DNA of 56,560 nucleotides from positions 1 through 56,560 of the forward strand of contig UYFQ01000271.1 in the NCBI GenBank assembly GCA_900617105.1, in the 5' to 3' direction. The translations under genes were made by a program, and so were the position numbers. This DNA is from Hydrurus foetidus. Taxonomy: Eukaryota. The notes under the pieces are model-generated. The model searched no databases, had not been told where the DNA came from, and saw nothing but the letters and a program-made list of their open reading frames with translations. Position 1 is the stretch's first letter, and the number at the start of each line of letters is the position of its first letter. Below, piece after piece: positions 24,288 through 35,607 of the stretch.

Positions 24288-27200
24288 ATGATACCATTTT
24301 TAAAAATTGCCATGCTGACTGGATCAGCTGTCAGTGTTGCATCATCAAAGACTGATCAGTCAACAAGCCACAGCACCTCAATACGCCAAGTAGAGAACAG
24401 AGGAGAATCGATCAAGTTTCATAGCTCTTTTCTAGATTCAACAAGCGTGAGGACAGAAAGAAGAATGAGTTCTGTGGGAGGGGTTCCTGATCTTCCTTTT
24501 ATTGAATACGCACACCCTGTGGAGTTTCACTTCTTACTGTCTTCGCTACCATATAATACGGAACCTTCTTTGGCTGCTCTGTTCTCTCAAATATCGGTCG
24601 GAACAGAACTGCCTTCTTTTCATGTCGGTCTGGGAATATGGGACACATTCTCAGACACAAAGATATCAGTAGAATTCGTTCCAAACAATATGCTATCATG
24701 TTTACTACCAAAACTGGCAGACGGAAAAATTGTCTGGGATAATTCTGGTTTTATAGCTGTTACGAATCCTATGTCTTCAAGTACGTCTTCTGCATATTCT
24801 GGAAGTTGGAGAGAAAGCAGATTAGTCTCAACATCATCAGGTGAGGAATGTTCTTTCACTCACCATAAAATAGTTACATTCTACTGATAATGTTATGTCT
24901 ACTATTTGTTAGTACAAGATGCATTTAAACACTGCGCTATTCATGCATAGTGATCCGTTCGGGAATACGCATTCTATTTCTGTCTAAATAGTATTTTATT
25001 GTATTATACCATGTTGTGTTGTGTTGTGTTGTGTTGTGTTGTGTTGTGTTGTGTTGTGTTGTGTTGTGTTGTGTTGTGTTGTGTTGTGTTGTGTTGTGTT
25101 GTGTCGTATCGTACACATGCAATCATTTCTTAGAAGTAAATTTTGTACATAGGTAGATTTGATATTGTGCGTACCACATGTATATTTATGAATTATGTGT
25201 ATAATGCCAAATATGTCCGCACGTAAGATATGTGTGTACCATTCTTATAATGCAAAAACTCTGTAACAAATATTCCCAAGCACCGTGTAACTCTCATAAT
25301 TAAGTGCATGATGATTTACATAATGATCTAATGATTAATTGTGTGTGCTTCAATGGTTTAATTTTTCAACTAGGTATCGCGTATCAGGATTTAGTAAAAT
25401 TCCTCACAGAAAACGAAAAGAAATATACAATATACCAGCCAATCAACATAATTAATCCCGTGAAATCGGAATCAACCACCAGCACTACCTCGAACACTAC
25501 CTTGTTATTTAAATCTTTGAATGTTCTTCTACATGCTCAAGATTCAACAAGGTAAACAAAATGTCAAGAAGTTATGTGATGAAAATATGAATTGTACGAA
25601 ATTAGAAAAAGGTTTCCTTGCATACGAAATCGCGCTATAGTACCATAACTACATCGATCAGATCAATTGTATTTAACAATCAATTCTACCAGAATTTTGT
25701 TTTGACCCACTTTCTCGTCTCTATATTTTTGTCGCTACTTTTCCTTCGTCTAGTTCTATCGATCTTCCTTTCCCCCTTTTCTGTTCTGTTCTGTTCTTTT
25801 TTTTCATTTTTCCATCTTTGTGCGCTTTCTCTTTTCATTCTTTTTTTCCAGTCTTAATTGCCACTTCTAAAATCTAATATTGCGCAATTTACTTTCTTTC
25901 AGCTTTCTTTTCTAAAATCTCCTTGTCTTCAATTCACAACCTAAGTACTGATTTGTCACTCCCAGATTTTTGTCTGATCTTCTGAGTCAAATAGCAGGGT
26001 TCGGATGCAAAGTGGAAACATTCTTGCAAGTACGTACAGTACAGTGCAGTACAGTACTTACGAACCAACCAGATATTGTCATTCTAGTGACTCCTAATAA
26101 ATTTATTCAATTTCACAACTGAAAACAATTCTTGCATCTGATTTAATATTTTGTTGTGTTTTCTATTCTCTATCCTCAACTGAAATACCATGACATATCA
26201 TCAATTGAACTCCAGCTTCTAAAATTTTTTTTTTTCGTGTAGCAACTTCTTTATTCGCCATTTTATTTTTTATTTTTTATTTTTTATTTTTATTTATTTA
26301 TTATTATTATTTTTTTATTTTTTAGGTATACGCTACTGCCCTTACCTTCCCCACAGTAAATCCCAAGCTACCGGTTGTTTCTTGGACAGAAAACGAGTCC
26401 GCTGACAGTGATGTTTATCAATGGTGAATGCCACACTACTTATTGTTGTGATTCTACGTATTCAATAGTGATCTGTGATGTTGGAACAGTATACAAGCCA
26501 TGAAAATATTATTGTCATTTGTGTTTCTGTGTACACACTCGATGTCATGCACATTATCGCTGCACTCATAACAAATACACTTCATATTTGTCCAGGTTTA
26601 CCGATTTGACAAATTGCTATGAAGAATTAATCGGCAAATCAGATGAAGGAAAAAGAATTCTTCTCGAGATGGACACTACCTCTTTCTCTACCTCTTCCTC
26701 TACTTCTTTCTCTGCTTCTTTATTGGAGCCTGCTTCTCATTCGAATGGAGTTGACCACAATTTCCACTTCTCCTTCTCCTTCCTTCCATCTTCTTCCATT
26801 CTCCCCCTTCCAATCCATCGTTCCATTCCACCACCTCCTTCCCTTCATTTGTCCATCCTCCTCCTTCCTCCTCATCATCCATTCCTCTTGATCCACCATC
26901 CTCCTTCTCCTTCTCCTTCCTTCCATCCCTCTATCCACCCTCCATCTCTTCCTTCTTCCTCCTCTCATCGATTTCCTTCTTTGATCTTCCTCTTCCCCTT
27001 TCTCTCCCTTCCTCTTCTTCCCCCTCTTCCTCCTGACCTCCTCTTCCTCCCTCTTCTTTCCTCCATTCTCTCCCTCCCTTTCCTCCTTCCTCCCTCCTTC
27101 CTCCTCTTCCTCATCCTCTTCCTTCCGCCCCCACTTCCTCGTCCTACTTCTTTGATCTCAATAATTGTTAACATTTGTTGGCTATTTGCTATATTGCGAT

Positions 27201-28569
27201 TACACTCATCGTATAATTTTCTGCTTATTTCATATCATCATGATCTTTTCTTTCTCTCATCTCTATTTCCTCATTCTCTACTCTATTTTTAGCTTCTCTT
27301 TTATTCATATTTCTTTATATCTTCTACGCTACCTTATGTTTCTTTACTTTTTTATTTCAATTTTTGATTTTTCTCAGTTGCTGACGCAGTGCTATGGAAA
27401 GCGTTCGTACGCGTACGTGTACGCATCATCAAACAGTGTGTACAATGTAAGAATGACGGGTTTTTGGTGTTGTTTTTATGATTATTTAAATCGTTTTTGA
27501 AGTTATCTTTATAGTTGTGTAGCTATGATATTATCACTTATTCCAATTATTATTAGTATTATTGTCCTTCTCCTTGTCCTTTCTATCATAACCGTTATCT
27601 TGATTTTGACATTATTTTCCCCCAAGGTCTCGCTTTTGCGGAACAAAGCGTACAGCTCTCCTTCTGCACTCGAATACGTGTACGCCCTTCCTTACTGTAA
27701 GTACTTCACTTCACTCAACTATTATCAAATAGTGTGTAACGCTTTGATGTATTTGAATGCAAATGATTATCATGACGGAGGCAATTTTCTTGATTTGTTT
27801 TTACCATCTTCACAATTTTTTTAATTTGACCTAGTTCATATATTCAAATACTCATCTTCCATTTTTTCTCCATTTTTTGTCATTTTCTAACTCTTGCGCT
27901 CCAGTTTCTCATTCAATTTTTTTGTCTGCACGTATTCTATTTTCCTCATTTACCATTCTTTTACTTCATTCCTACTCCAACTACTTTCTCTACATCATCT
28001 CCCTCTTTCCCTTCCCTTCACCTTCTTCTGTCCTATTTCTTTTCATTTTCCATTTTTTCTTTCAGCATATGCAAGCATTCCTATTGGATTGACTATAATC
28101 GACAAAGCAGCCATAGGATTCTTCTTTCTGTTGGTTTTAATGGGGGCATATTATATCTTCCACTTACTAACTAAACCGGTAAATATCATTAGTATCTTGC
28201 ATACAATTTTATCGGGTACCATCTTGCCATAATTTTAAATCTATATGATGACATGTTACAATTCTGTTTACTGAAATTTAATTTTAGATACTGCCACCGA
28301 TAAAAGTTTTTCCTCCATGATATTTTTCAAAACAGAAACCACTCCCTCTAAACCGGTCTACCATGGAATCATACGAATTATCATCCGGTCATTATGCCTC
28401 CAACATTTCTTCGCTGAAAGACGCGGACAGTTTGATCGATCCCCAAAGGGTTTTATTACTCGGAAATTCCAAGAAAAGTTCCGGTTCTTCAGGCAGTCCT
28501 TTTCGTTTGATGCAGAATAGAGGTAGTGGAGATGGGAGTAGTCAGAGCACATCACCGAGAAGCGATTAA
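24288..28569 (+). CDS. Hypothetical multi-exon protein with a hydrophobic N-terminus and one C-terminal TM segment
   Basis: Coding-like exon 24288-24841 (ending SSG|gtgag). Further GT-AG exons near 25374-25551, 25966-26029, 26326-26423, 26597-, 27379-27447, 27627-27696, 28066-28178 (TM-like IDKAAIGFFFLLVLMGAYYIFHLL) and 28336-28569. No family recognised and internal boundaries are uncertain. Confidence 0.55.
25012..25103. repeat. Intronic (TGTTG)n microsatellite
   Basis: About 18 tandem units. Confidence 0.95.
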
Positions 28570-29858
28570 TGCAGTACTGAATATTCCATATGATAATGTA
28601 ATCAATGGAAAAAGGTATTGTGAAACCCTAACTTGTACTTCGTACAATAACAAAAACTAAACTCATGTGACGGTACGATCTTGACATCGCGCACACGTAT
28701 ACACATACACACGTACGTACATGGACATATGTACACACGTACGTACATATACAATAAAATACGACACCTTCAAGGCAAATAAGTCATAATAAAAATAAAA
28801 TAATAATGAATAAAATAATCTTGCACACAACGATATAAAAGTAAATAAAAATAGGAATAGTAAGAAGTTGATACATAGCAACATGAGGAAGATCATAAAG
28901 ACAGCCCGATATTCACTGATATTGACTGTCGCACGCGTAGTTACTTGTACAGATAAATAAAACGTGCCTTCGCATTTGAAAATATTAGCACGCACTGTCG
29001 AGCACACAGACACAAGAACATACGGACAAACGCACGCACCATTTTTGCTGTAACGTAGGAAAATGAAATTCGTCTGGAAAAGAAAAACAGTAATGCAGAG
29101 CATGATAAATAAATAAATAAATTAATAATTAAATAAATGAAATTAATACAAAATAAAAAAACAACAAAATGGTGATTTTTAGCTCCATATGAATTGGTTC
29201 TGAAATAGACAGATCCTTCATTTAATATTCTCCCTAACGATTTGGATGGATTTACATCCTCTATGCACATTTGATATCATATTGAATAGCTATTACATCT
29301 TATATAACTTACATTTAAATTTTCTTTTTTTTTCAGGTCAATTTTTTTTGCGTCTTTATTTTCACTTTTTTTGAAAATCATTGATAAATAATTTTGATAG
29401 CCCTTCTCATTTTAAACGGTTTTTTTTAGTAGAAAATAACAATTTATATAAATGTGCGGGACATTCTGTTTAAAAAATTATTATTGAAAGGAAAAAATCG
29501 GAGAAAATCACGCATTGCCGAGACGTTGAAATTATCTTGAAAGAATTACGAATGACTAAATTCGCAGTGGGAAATAGGAAGAAAGAAATGTGTGATAGGG
29601 ACCGATGTCAGATGTCAGAATACCATTCATTCCAAGAACGAAGGGACTTAGAAAAATAAGTAAAGGAAAAGGGAAAAGAGGGACATGAGTTATCTGTTCT
29701 TTTTAAAGGGCACCTACTGCCGCGGTGCATTACGAGTAGGTACACGAGATATTACGTAAAAATTTCGGTACGGTCCACCATCAAATTAAAAATAAGTCTT
29801 GTAATTTCACTGGTAATTTCTTTCTTTACAAAACGTCGTGATGAAGAAAAATGAAAAA

Positions 29859-29944
29859 TGCTGATAAATTCAAATTATTCCGACTTCAAGAAAAATCAAG
29901 AAGATTTGACTTTGAAATCATCATTCAATTCTTATTCATCAGCA
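29859..29944 (-). promoter_or_regulatory. Candidate SECIS element in the selenoprotein H 3' UTR
   Basis: Minus-strand hairpin ~225 nt after the stop. Lower stem UGCUGAUGAAU/AUUUAUCAGCA, core A-UGAU...GGAA (tandem G.A pairs), upper stem GAUUUCAA/UUGAAGUC, and an apical region containing AAA. Confidence 0.55.
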
Positions 29945-30169
29945 ATCAATCCACTTTCAACATCAACAATTCAGGTTTACAAACAGCAATTTTCTTCTTT
30001 ATTCTTTATTTCGGTTAATCGTACTTTGGAATAGTAGACAGGAATGTAAGTGATAGAAAATAATAATTGATTTTCCCGTCAAAATGTACATGTAGAAAGT
30101 ACGAGTACGTTCATCTACTGTGATAAAAGAAGAAACAGAAAATAGAAGTAAATAGATAGTAAGAATAAT

Positions 30170-31163
30170 TTATGCCAGAGCTTTAATTATTTTAGCTGCC
30201 ACTTCATCGATGTCGAGGGAGCGCAATGCAGTGAAGGGGCGGGCGAGGTTTAAGAGTTCCGTGACAACAGTAGGTCCGTCTGTCTTCCCTTCTCCCTCCT
30301 CTTTCTCTGCTTCGTCTTTTTTGGCTGCAATTAAAAAAGGGATAAAGTAGTAAAAAAATTAGTTTCATCATGAAATATTTTTAAATGCGTCCTCAAATGT
30401 TTTTTTATCAAACTCATTTTTATAGATTTGCATGTAACTAAATTCGTTCGGTTCGCAACAAAATAAATTAAATTGCCCTTGCAATGCTGAGATAGTTTGT
30501 CGACAAGAAATAAATTGCACCTTTCTTGCTTGATCCCGCCTTTTCAATTGGCGCTCCTCCAACAACGGACACGACAAATGCACCTTTTCTCGGCTGAAAA
30601 ATGGAATAATCAGTCATTGTAAGATACGTTAAGCATAGTGATGGCAAAAAGGCCCACACTTTAGTTGAGATTCTCAGTTCTTTTCACTTTTTGTGCTGCA
30701 TGCACTCGTAAGGGTTCTGGATAGCAAGCGGATAAGTTAGGTTCGTAATTTGAACGAGACGGAACTGTGAAATTTGGAATTGAGTGGCGATCAAAACCAC
30801 AACAAAGAAAATCGTGGGTACGATAAAAAAATGAACTATTCACCTTTTCAGCGTTGATGATTACAGGCGCTTTGCATCCACCCGCTTTGAGCGCTTTCTC
30901 AAGCTGCCCAGAACGGGTTTTAAACACTCCTCTAAAATATAAGAGAAAAATGAGGTGAAAAGGCAAGATGCGGAGAACATCATGAATTTTGCAAGTGCCG
31001 AGTTATTCACATTTACATCGCTTATTTCTTACCAGGATTTGCATGCTTCTATCGTCACCTTCGCGCTGACGCTGGTTTCGCTTGTGGGGACAGTTTCACC
31101 CTCGGCCGCCTCAGTCACTTCCGGTTTCGCTTCGGCGACTTTCCTCTTTCTAGCAGCTGGCAT
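30170..31163 (-). CDS. SELENOH: Selenoprotein H (Rdx family, CxxU); 4 exons (31163-31033, 30931-30844, 30593-30521, 30324-30170), 148 aa
   Basis: N-terminal RKRK (NLS-like), then VTIEACKS-U-GVFKTR with the TGA formed across the junction TG|gtaag...tttag|A. Also INAEKPRKGAFVV and LLNLARPFTALRSLDIDEVAAKII, which are typical SelH-family motifs. Confidence 0.88.
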
Positions 31164-31795
31164 GATTTAGAATGAGCTTGAAGGCGCAGACTTGGACAGG
31201 AGACGTTTTTATTCTCTAAAAGATGGCTACAATGTGCTCTTCTGCCTTGCATCTTGCATCCTACATCTTACAGCTGAGTTGACTCGCCAAGAAGTTCGGC
31301 GAAGATTCCCAAAATTCAAAATACCGGAACATGCAGAATGACGTACTGTACGTACGCCTAGAAATGGTATATTGTGTGCGTGCGTGCCTCGCAACATAAT
31401 ATATAATATTAGAAGTAAAATATAAAATACCTAATTTCAACATCGAATTGGCATCTCCGAAGTGGACAATTTATCCTGCTCTAACTGTGAAGATGCCATT
31501 TTTTGGTCTGGATACTTCACTATAAGTGAACTGTTTTAATAAGCAGATAATTCAATAATTCATACTCTCTCGGTAATATTGAGAATAATCCCCTAATTCA
31601 TTCAACAAAATATGTGTGTTCTGTCAATGTTGAAAGGATTCAGAAATTTCTTCACAGACTGTACGCCTAAATGATTTCGAATATAATTCCACATTGAAAA
31701 AGTCGTTCTTTTAAGAAAGAAAAGTAAAGAAAGGAAATTATTATAGAAAATGCCAAATCTTACTATCAGTCATGCGTGCAGTTTCGTTTTAAATA

Positions 31796-34223
31796 TTACA
31801 CATCCAAGTTATCGGCATTGTCTTCAACTTCAACTTCAACTTGGTCCACAATGTTCATACTGTCGGTTTCGTTTTCTTCCTTTTCAACTTCCATTTCACC
31901 GTCATAATCAACCCCTTGAGATTGTAAGTACATCCGCATTTGCGTACATGCGTCAGCCACCTGACATTAAACACAAATATCGTGTTAGTTTACTTGATAC
32001 ATTAAATGCATACTTTGTGTGAGCGTGCGGACGTCCATAGTTTTCTGCACAGCGTGATTACAGTATTTTACATAATAGATCGATGAGAAAATAATGCAGA
32101 AAGCCTGTGTGTGCTTGCAGATACCGTCGATGAAAATAATTCTTGACTACGAACATTTGAAGTACGCCTTATTGTAGAGGTACGAATGTAACGTATCGGT
32201 AACGCGCATCGAGCAGATCTCCTTTCTTTGTTTTCATTCATACTGCATGCTTGTTTCGTACTTCTTGTTCTCTGTTGCCTCTATACTATACTACGTGCAC
32301 TCAAATAGACAAGGGTATAAGTCTCAGTGCACATATATACACACATATACATAGACATACGTACATACATACTTACATGCATACACATCAATTCAGATTC
32401 ACAAAAATACATGAAATAACAAAGAAAACTGAAAAATAGAATTTCTTCACAGCAAAACTTTTCGATGGTAAGTACAACACCTGCCAGTTCGTCCATTGAG
32501 CTTTGACCGTACGTGCTGCCATTTTCTTCAACTCGGGCTCTACGCTCTCTTGCTCCTTACGCCGCACAATACTTAGTTCGCCAATCTTGCGTTTCACAAC
32601 TAATGTGTGGAGTGGACATCATAACGCACATTGTGATTGCATCAACAATAAGATGGAAAATAAAACAAAACACAAGAAAACAAAACAAAGTGAAAGACAG
32701 GAATTAACTTTTACAAAAATGCAGCCAATTGTATAAGTGCGAGGCGATAATGATGATGGTGTATCATCATTTTTTGCATTCCGCTAGCGCGCAATGATGA
32801 GCAGATCAAATAAAATAAAAGTAGACTAAAATACATGGAATATTAAGAGACAGTATAAGATTAGATAGAAAAAGATTGATCACGATGACTCACTTTGCGA
32901 TTTGTCAGAGAGGATTTTCTCGTACGTTTCGAGAGACTTATTATGTCCGAGCCAAACTGACCCTGGGTGGAATGTCAAGAATTAAATTTTAGAAAAAGGG
33001 CGATATTTAATGTAACTGAAACTAAGAGCATTGAGCATTTAATAGAAAGATATAGAATTGACGTTTATTACACCGGAACACGGCTAAACACGGCTTAATA
33101 TACCTAAATGCGCTTCTGCCAGTTCAAGGTTCATGAGTCTGTTGCACTGATGTTCCTTTTGAGCCTTGCCATTAGCAACTGCCGATCGCCATGCCTATTA
33201 CGTTTAGGGTGAAATAGAAATCGATTCGAATTATTGGGTTGGAAAAAAGAGCAAACTTTGGTCTTAATTATGGTTGGTGATAGGTATGGCGTAATGGTGG
33301 GCACAGTAAATAAGAAGAGATAAGGTGAAGTCAGGAATGTAACCAAGAAGGCGAGTAGGGCCGAATTAAACAGAGAGAAAGAGAAAAAATTGTAAGGCTA
33401 AGAAGAGACACTCGAATTCGAAGAAAGCGCAGGATTATACAATGGATGTAGGACAATCACAGAGATAATCAACAACCTAACAACTAATAAATATACACCA
33501 ATCTAGATCATCACTGATCTCGCTACCAGAAATCAGCCCATAGAAAATAGAAAAAAACGATGCGGAAGAGTCTTCCGGAAGAATGCTGACCTGTACGTCC
33601 CTCTCCAATGCTTGTTCTGGAGCATCGCAGGAATATCTCTTCGTGTCTAGTTTATTCATAGTCGGCGCCCCTCCTTCCTTGATTCGAATGTCCTCAGCCT
33701 TCGGGTTAGCGATAGATGTTTTTTATTTCGTGGTTATTTGGAATGATTTACATGAGGAGTGTTCAGTGATAAAGTATGTGTAGATAAGACGCCACCGACT
33801 TAAACTTTGTGATAATCAGTACGTTATCACAGCAAATGTCAGCCCAACATTCAATGCCAGATAGATAACGTCTTATCATGAATTATACAATTTGATGCTC
33901 TTAGTAATGCATACCTCGAGCATAATCGAGTTTGTGTACTTCAGAGTAGGGTACGGCAAGTGCTTGAGATAGCTTGATGAGGGTGCAAATGTCCTCATTT
34001 CTTCCTGCAGCAAGAAGTGCACGGCATCTCTGACTTGAGGGTTTTCGTACTCCTGCCCCGGCAAGCAAAACGAAAGTCAGTGAGAACCTCCTCAAAGCTG
34101 TGTAACAGATTAGAAGATAATCTGCTATAAATCATAACCATTCTAAAGACGGGTTGTTCTCACCTTATCAATATATGACAGTGCCGACTCTGCCTCAGAG
34201 TAGAGATCACCAATGACATCCAT
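31796..34223 (-). CDS. SPF27: Pre-mRNA splicing factor SPF27/BCAS2 family; 7 exons, 249 aa
   Basis: Exons: 34223-34164, 34052-33915, 33698-33591, 33194-33104, 32962-32894, 32599-32481, 31960-31796. Motifs: ALSYIDKEY, LLQEEMRTF, LDTKRY, AWRSAVANGKAQKEHQCNRLMNLEL, WLGHN, RRKEQ. Confidence 0.85.
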
Positions 34224-34419
34224 GACCCTCTAAGTTGAGCAATGAGCAGATTAATTATTAAAGAAGCTGACAGAGGAGGACGTAGAGCAGCGAGCAGCAG
34301 ACCGACAGGTGACAGGTGACAGGTAAGTTCTACTTCTATGTTTCAACAATCCATGTGAAAGTATCACTCCATTCCTCTGCATATGTATTCACGTTATTTT
34401 CTTGGAGGACACAACAAGA

Positions 34420-34491
34420 GCTCTGTTCGTATATCGGTTAGTACAAGTGCTTCACACGCACTAGAGCCGGGTTCGATTCCCGGACGGAGTA
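34420..34491 (+). tRNA. trnV-CAC: tRNA-Val (anticodon CAC)
   Basis: Acceptor stem GCTCTGT/ACGGAGT with discriminator A, D-arm GTAT..GTAC, anticodon arm AGTGC-TTCACAC-GCACT, T-arm CCGGG-TTCGATT-CCCGG. A T5 run ~20 nt downstream could be the Pol III terminator. Confidence 0.92.
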
Positions 34492-34580
34492 CTTATTCTC
34501 GCGGGAGAAAAGTTTTTCTCCTCCGCAGATGTAGAAACTTTTACGCAAACCTTATGCAGTCATTCTAGACGCCCCTAATA

Positions 34581-34620
34581 GCATGTGAAGCACTTGTACT
34601 AACCGATATACGAACAGAGC
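34581..34620 (-). pseudogene. 5' half of tRNA-Val (copy within the inverted duplication)
   Basis: The reverse complement reads GCTCTGTTCGTATATCGGTTAGTACAAGTGCTTCACA and then diverges. There is no T-arm or B-box. Confidence 0.85.
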
Positions 34621-35607
34621 TCTTGTTGTGTCCTCCAAGAAAATAACGTGAATACATATGCAGAGGAATGGAGTGATACTTTCACATGGATTGTTGAAAC
34701 ATAGAAGTAGAACTTACCTGTCACCTGTCACCTGTCGGTCTGCTGCTCGCTGCTCTACGTCCTCCTCTGTCAGCCTCTTTAATAATTAATCTGCTCATTG
34801 CTCAACTTAGAGGGTCATGGATGTCATTGGTGATCTCTACTCTGAGGCAGAGTCGGCACTGTCATATATTAATCCTAAACAATTGATTATGAAATTATCG
34901 ATTGCCTGTCATTTGATACTACTCGTTTTAAAAAGCTTCTCGTTTTTTTTCGATGAATAATCGTGACCACTTTTTTTAGTCTTGGTGGGACTAAGTTTCT
35001 CCGAAACAAACTGACTCAAAATTTGATATACTCCTTTTTCCAATGAGAATATTTGGCTGTTTTGTTTTATTTCTTTAAAACAATTCTGTCGTCTATCAAA
35101 TAACATTCTGAGTGAAATATACACTTCAATAATTATCAATTACTGCTTGCCGAATAATGATATCAGAATTATATCATGAACCTTGTAAGGCAGAGGATGC
35201 TATTTTGCGGACTACATTCAGCATTCAGCCGCCTATCGTCAATCCTTGATGAGATTTGCACATATAGAACAGTTTACTCAAACTACAATGACGAGATATA
35301 TTGAGCTCGTAATTTATGGAGGCTGTAAGTTACGAAGAATAATTGGTCCGGAGTTCGCGAAAATTGGTATAGAGGTACACAGTCTTTCTCAGAAAGAGCC
35401 GTTGAGCAAGTGCCCCAGTTTCTGTTCTTAGTTTTTAGTTTTTAGGCGTCTCCGCCTTTGAGAAGCTTTTGGCGATACCAACCAACTTTACATGAATAGC
35501 ATCAGAGTTAGTTTCCTGGAGCTCAGAAGTATCTCAGGACTCGGTGGAATCGGGCAATTTTCCTGCTGGAGTTTTCATAGTACTTTCTGTCAGTTGTTTC
35601 AAAAGTA

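Larger units (their letters stand above)
34170..34870. repeat. Inverted duplication: arms 34170-34456 and 34584-34870 (287 bp each), 127-bp spacer
   Basis: The right arm is the reverse complement of the left arm. I found one internal mismatch (aaagaagctga vs aaagaggctga). Confidence 0.95.

Noticed and set aside
30070..30115. Alternative AUGA..GGA SECIS-like stretch closer to the SelH stop
   Set aside because: Its upper stem pairs poorly and it has no apical AA. The 29859-29944 hairpin is much better formed.
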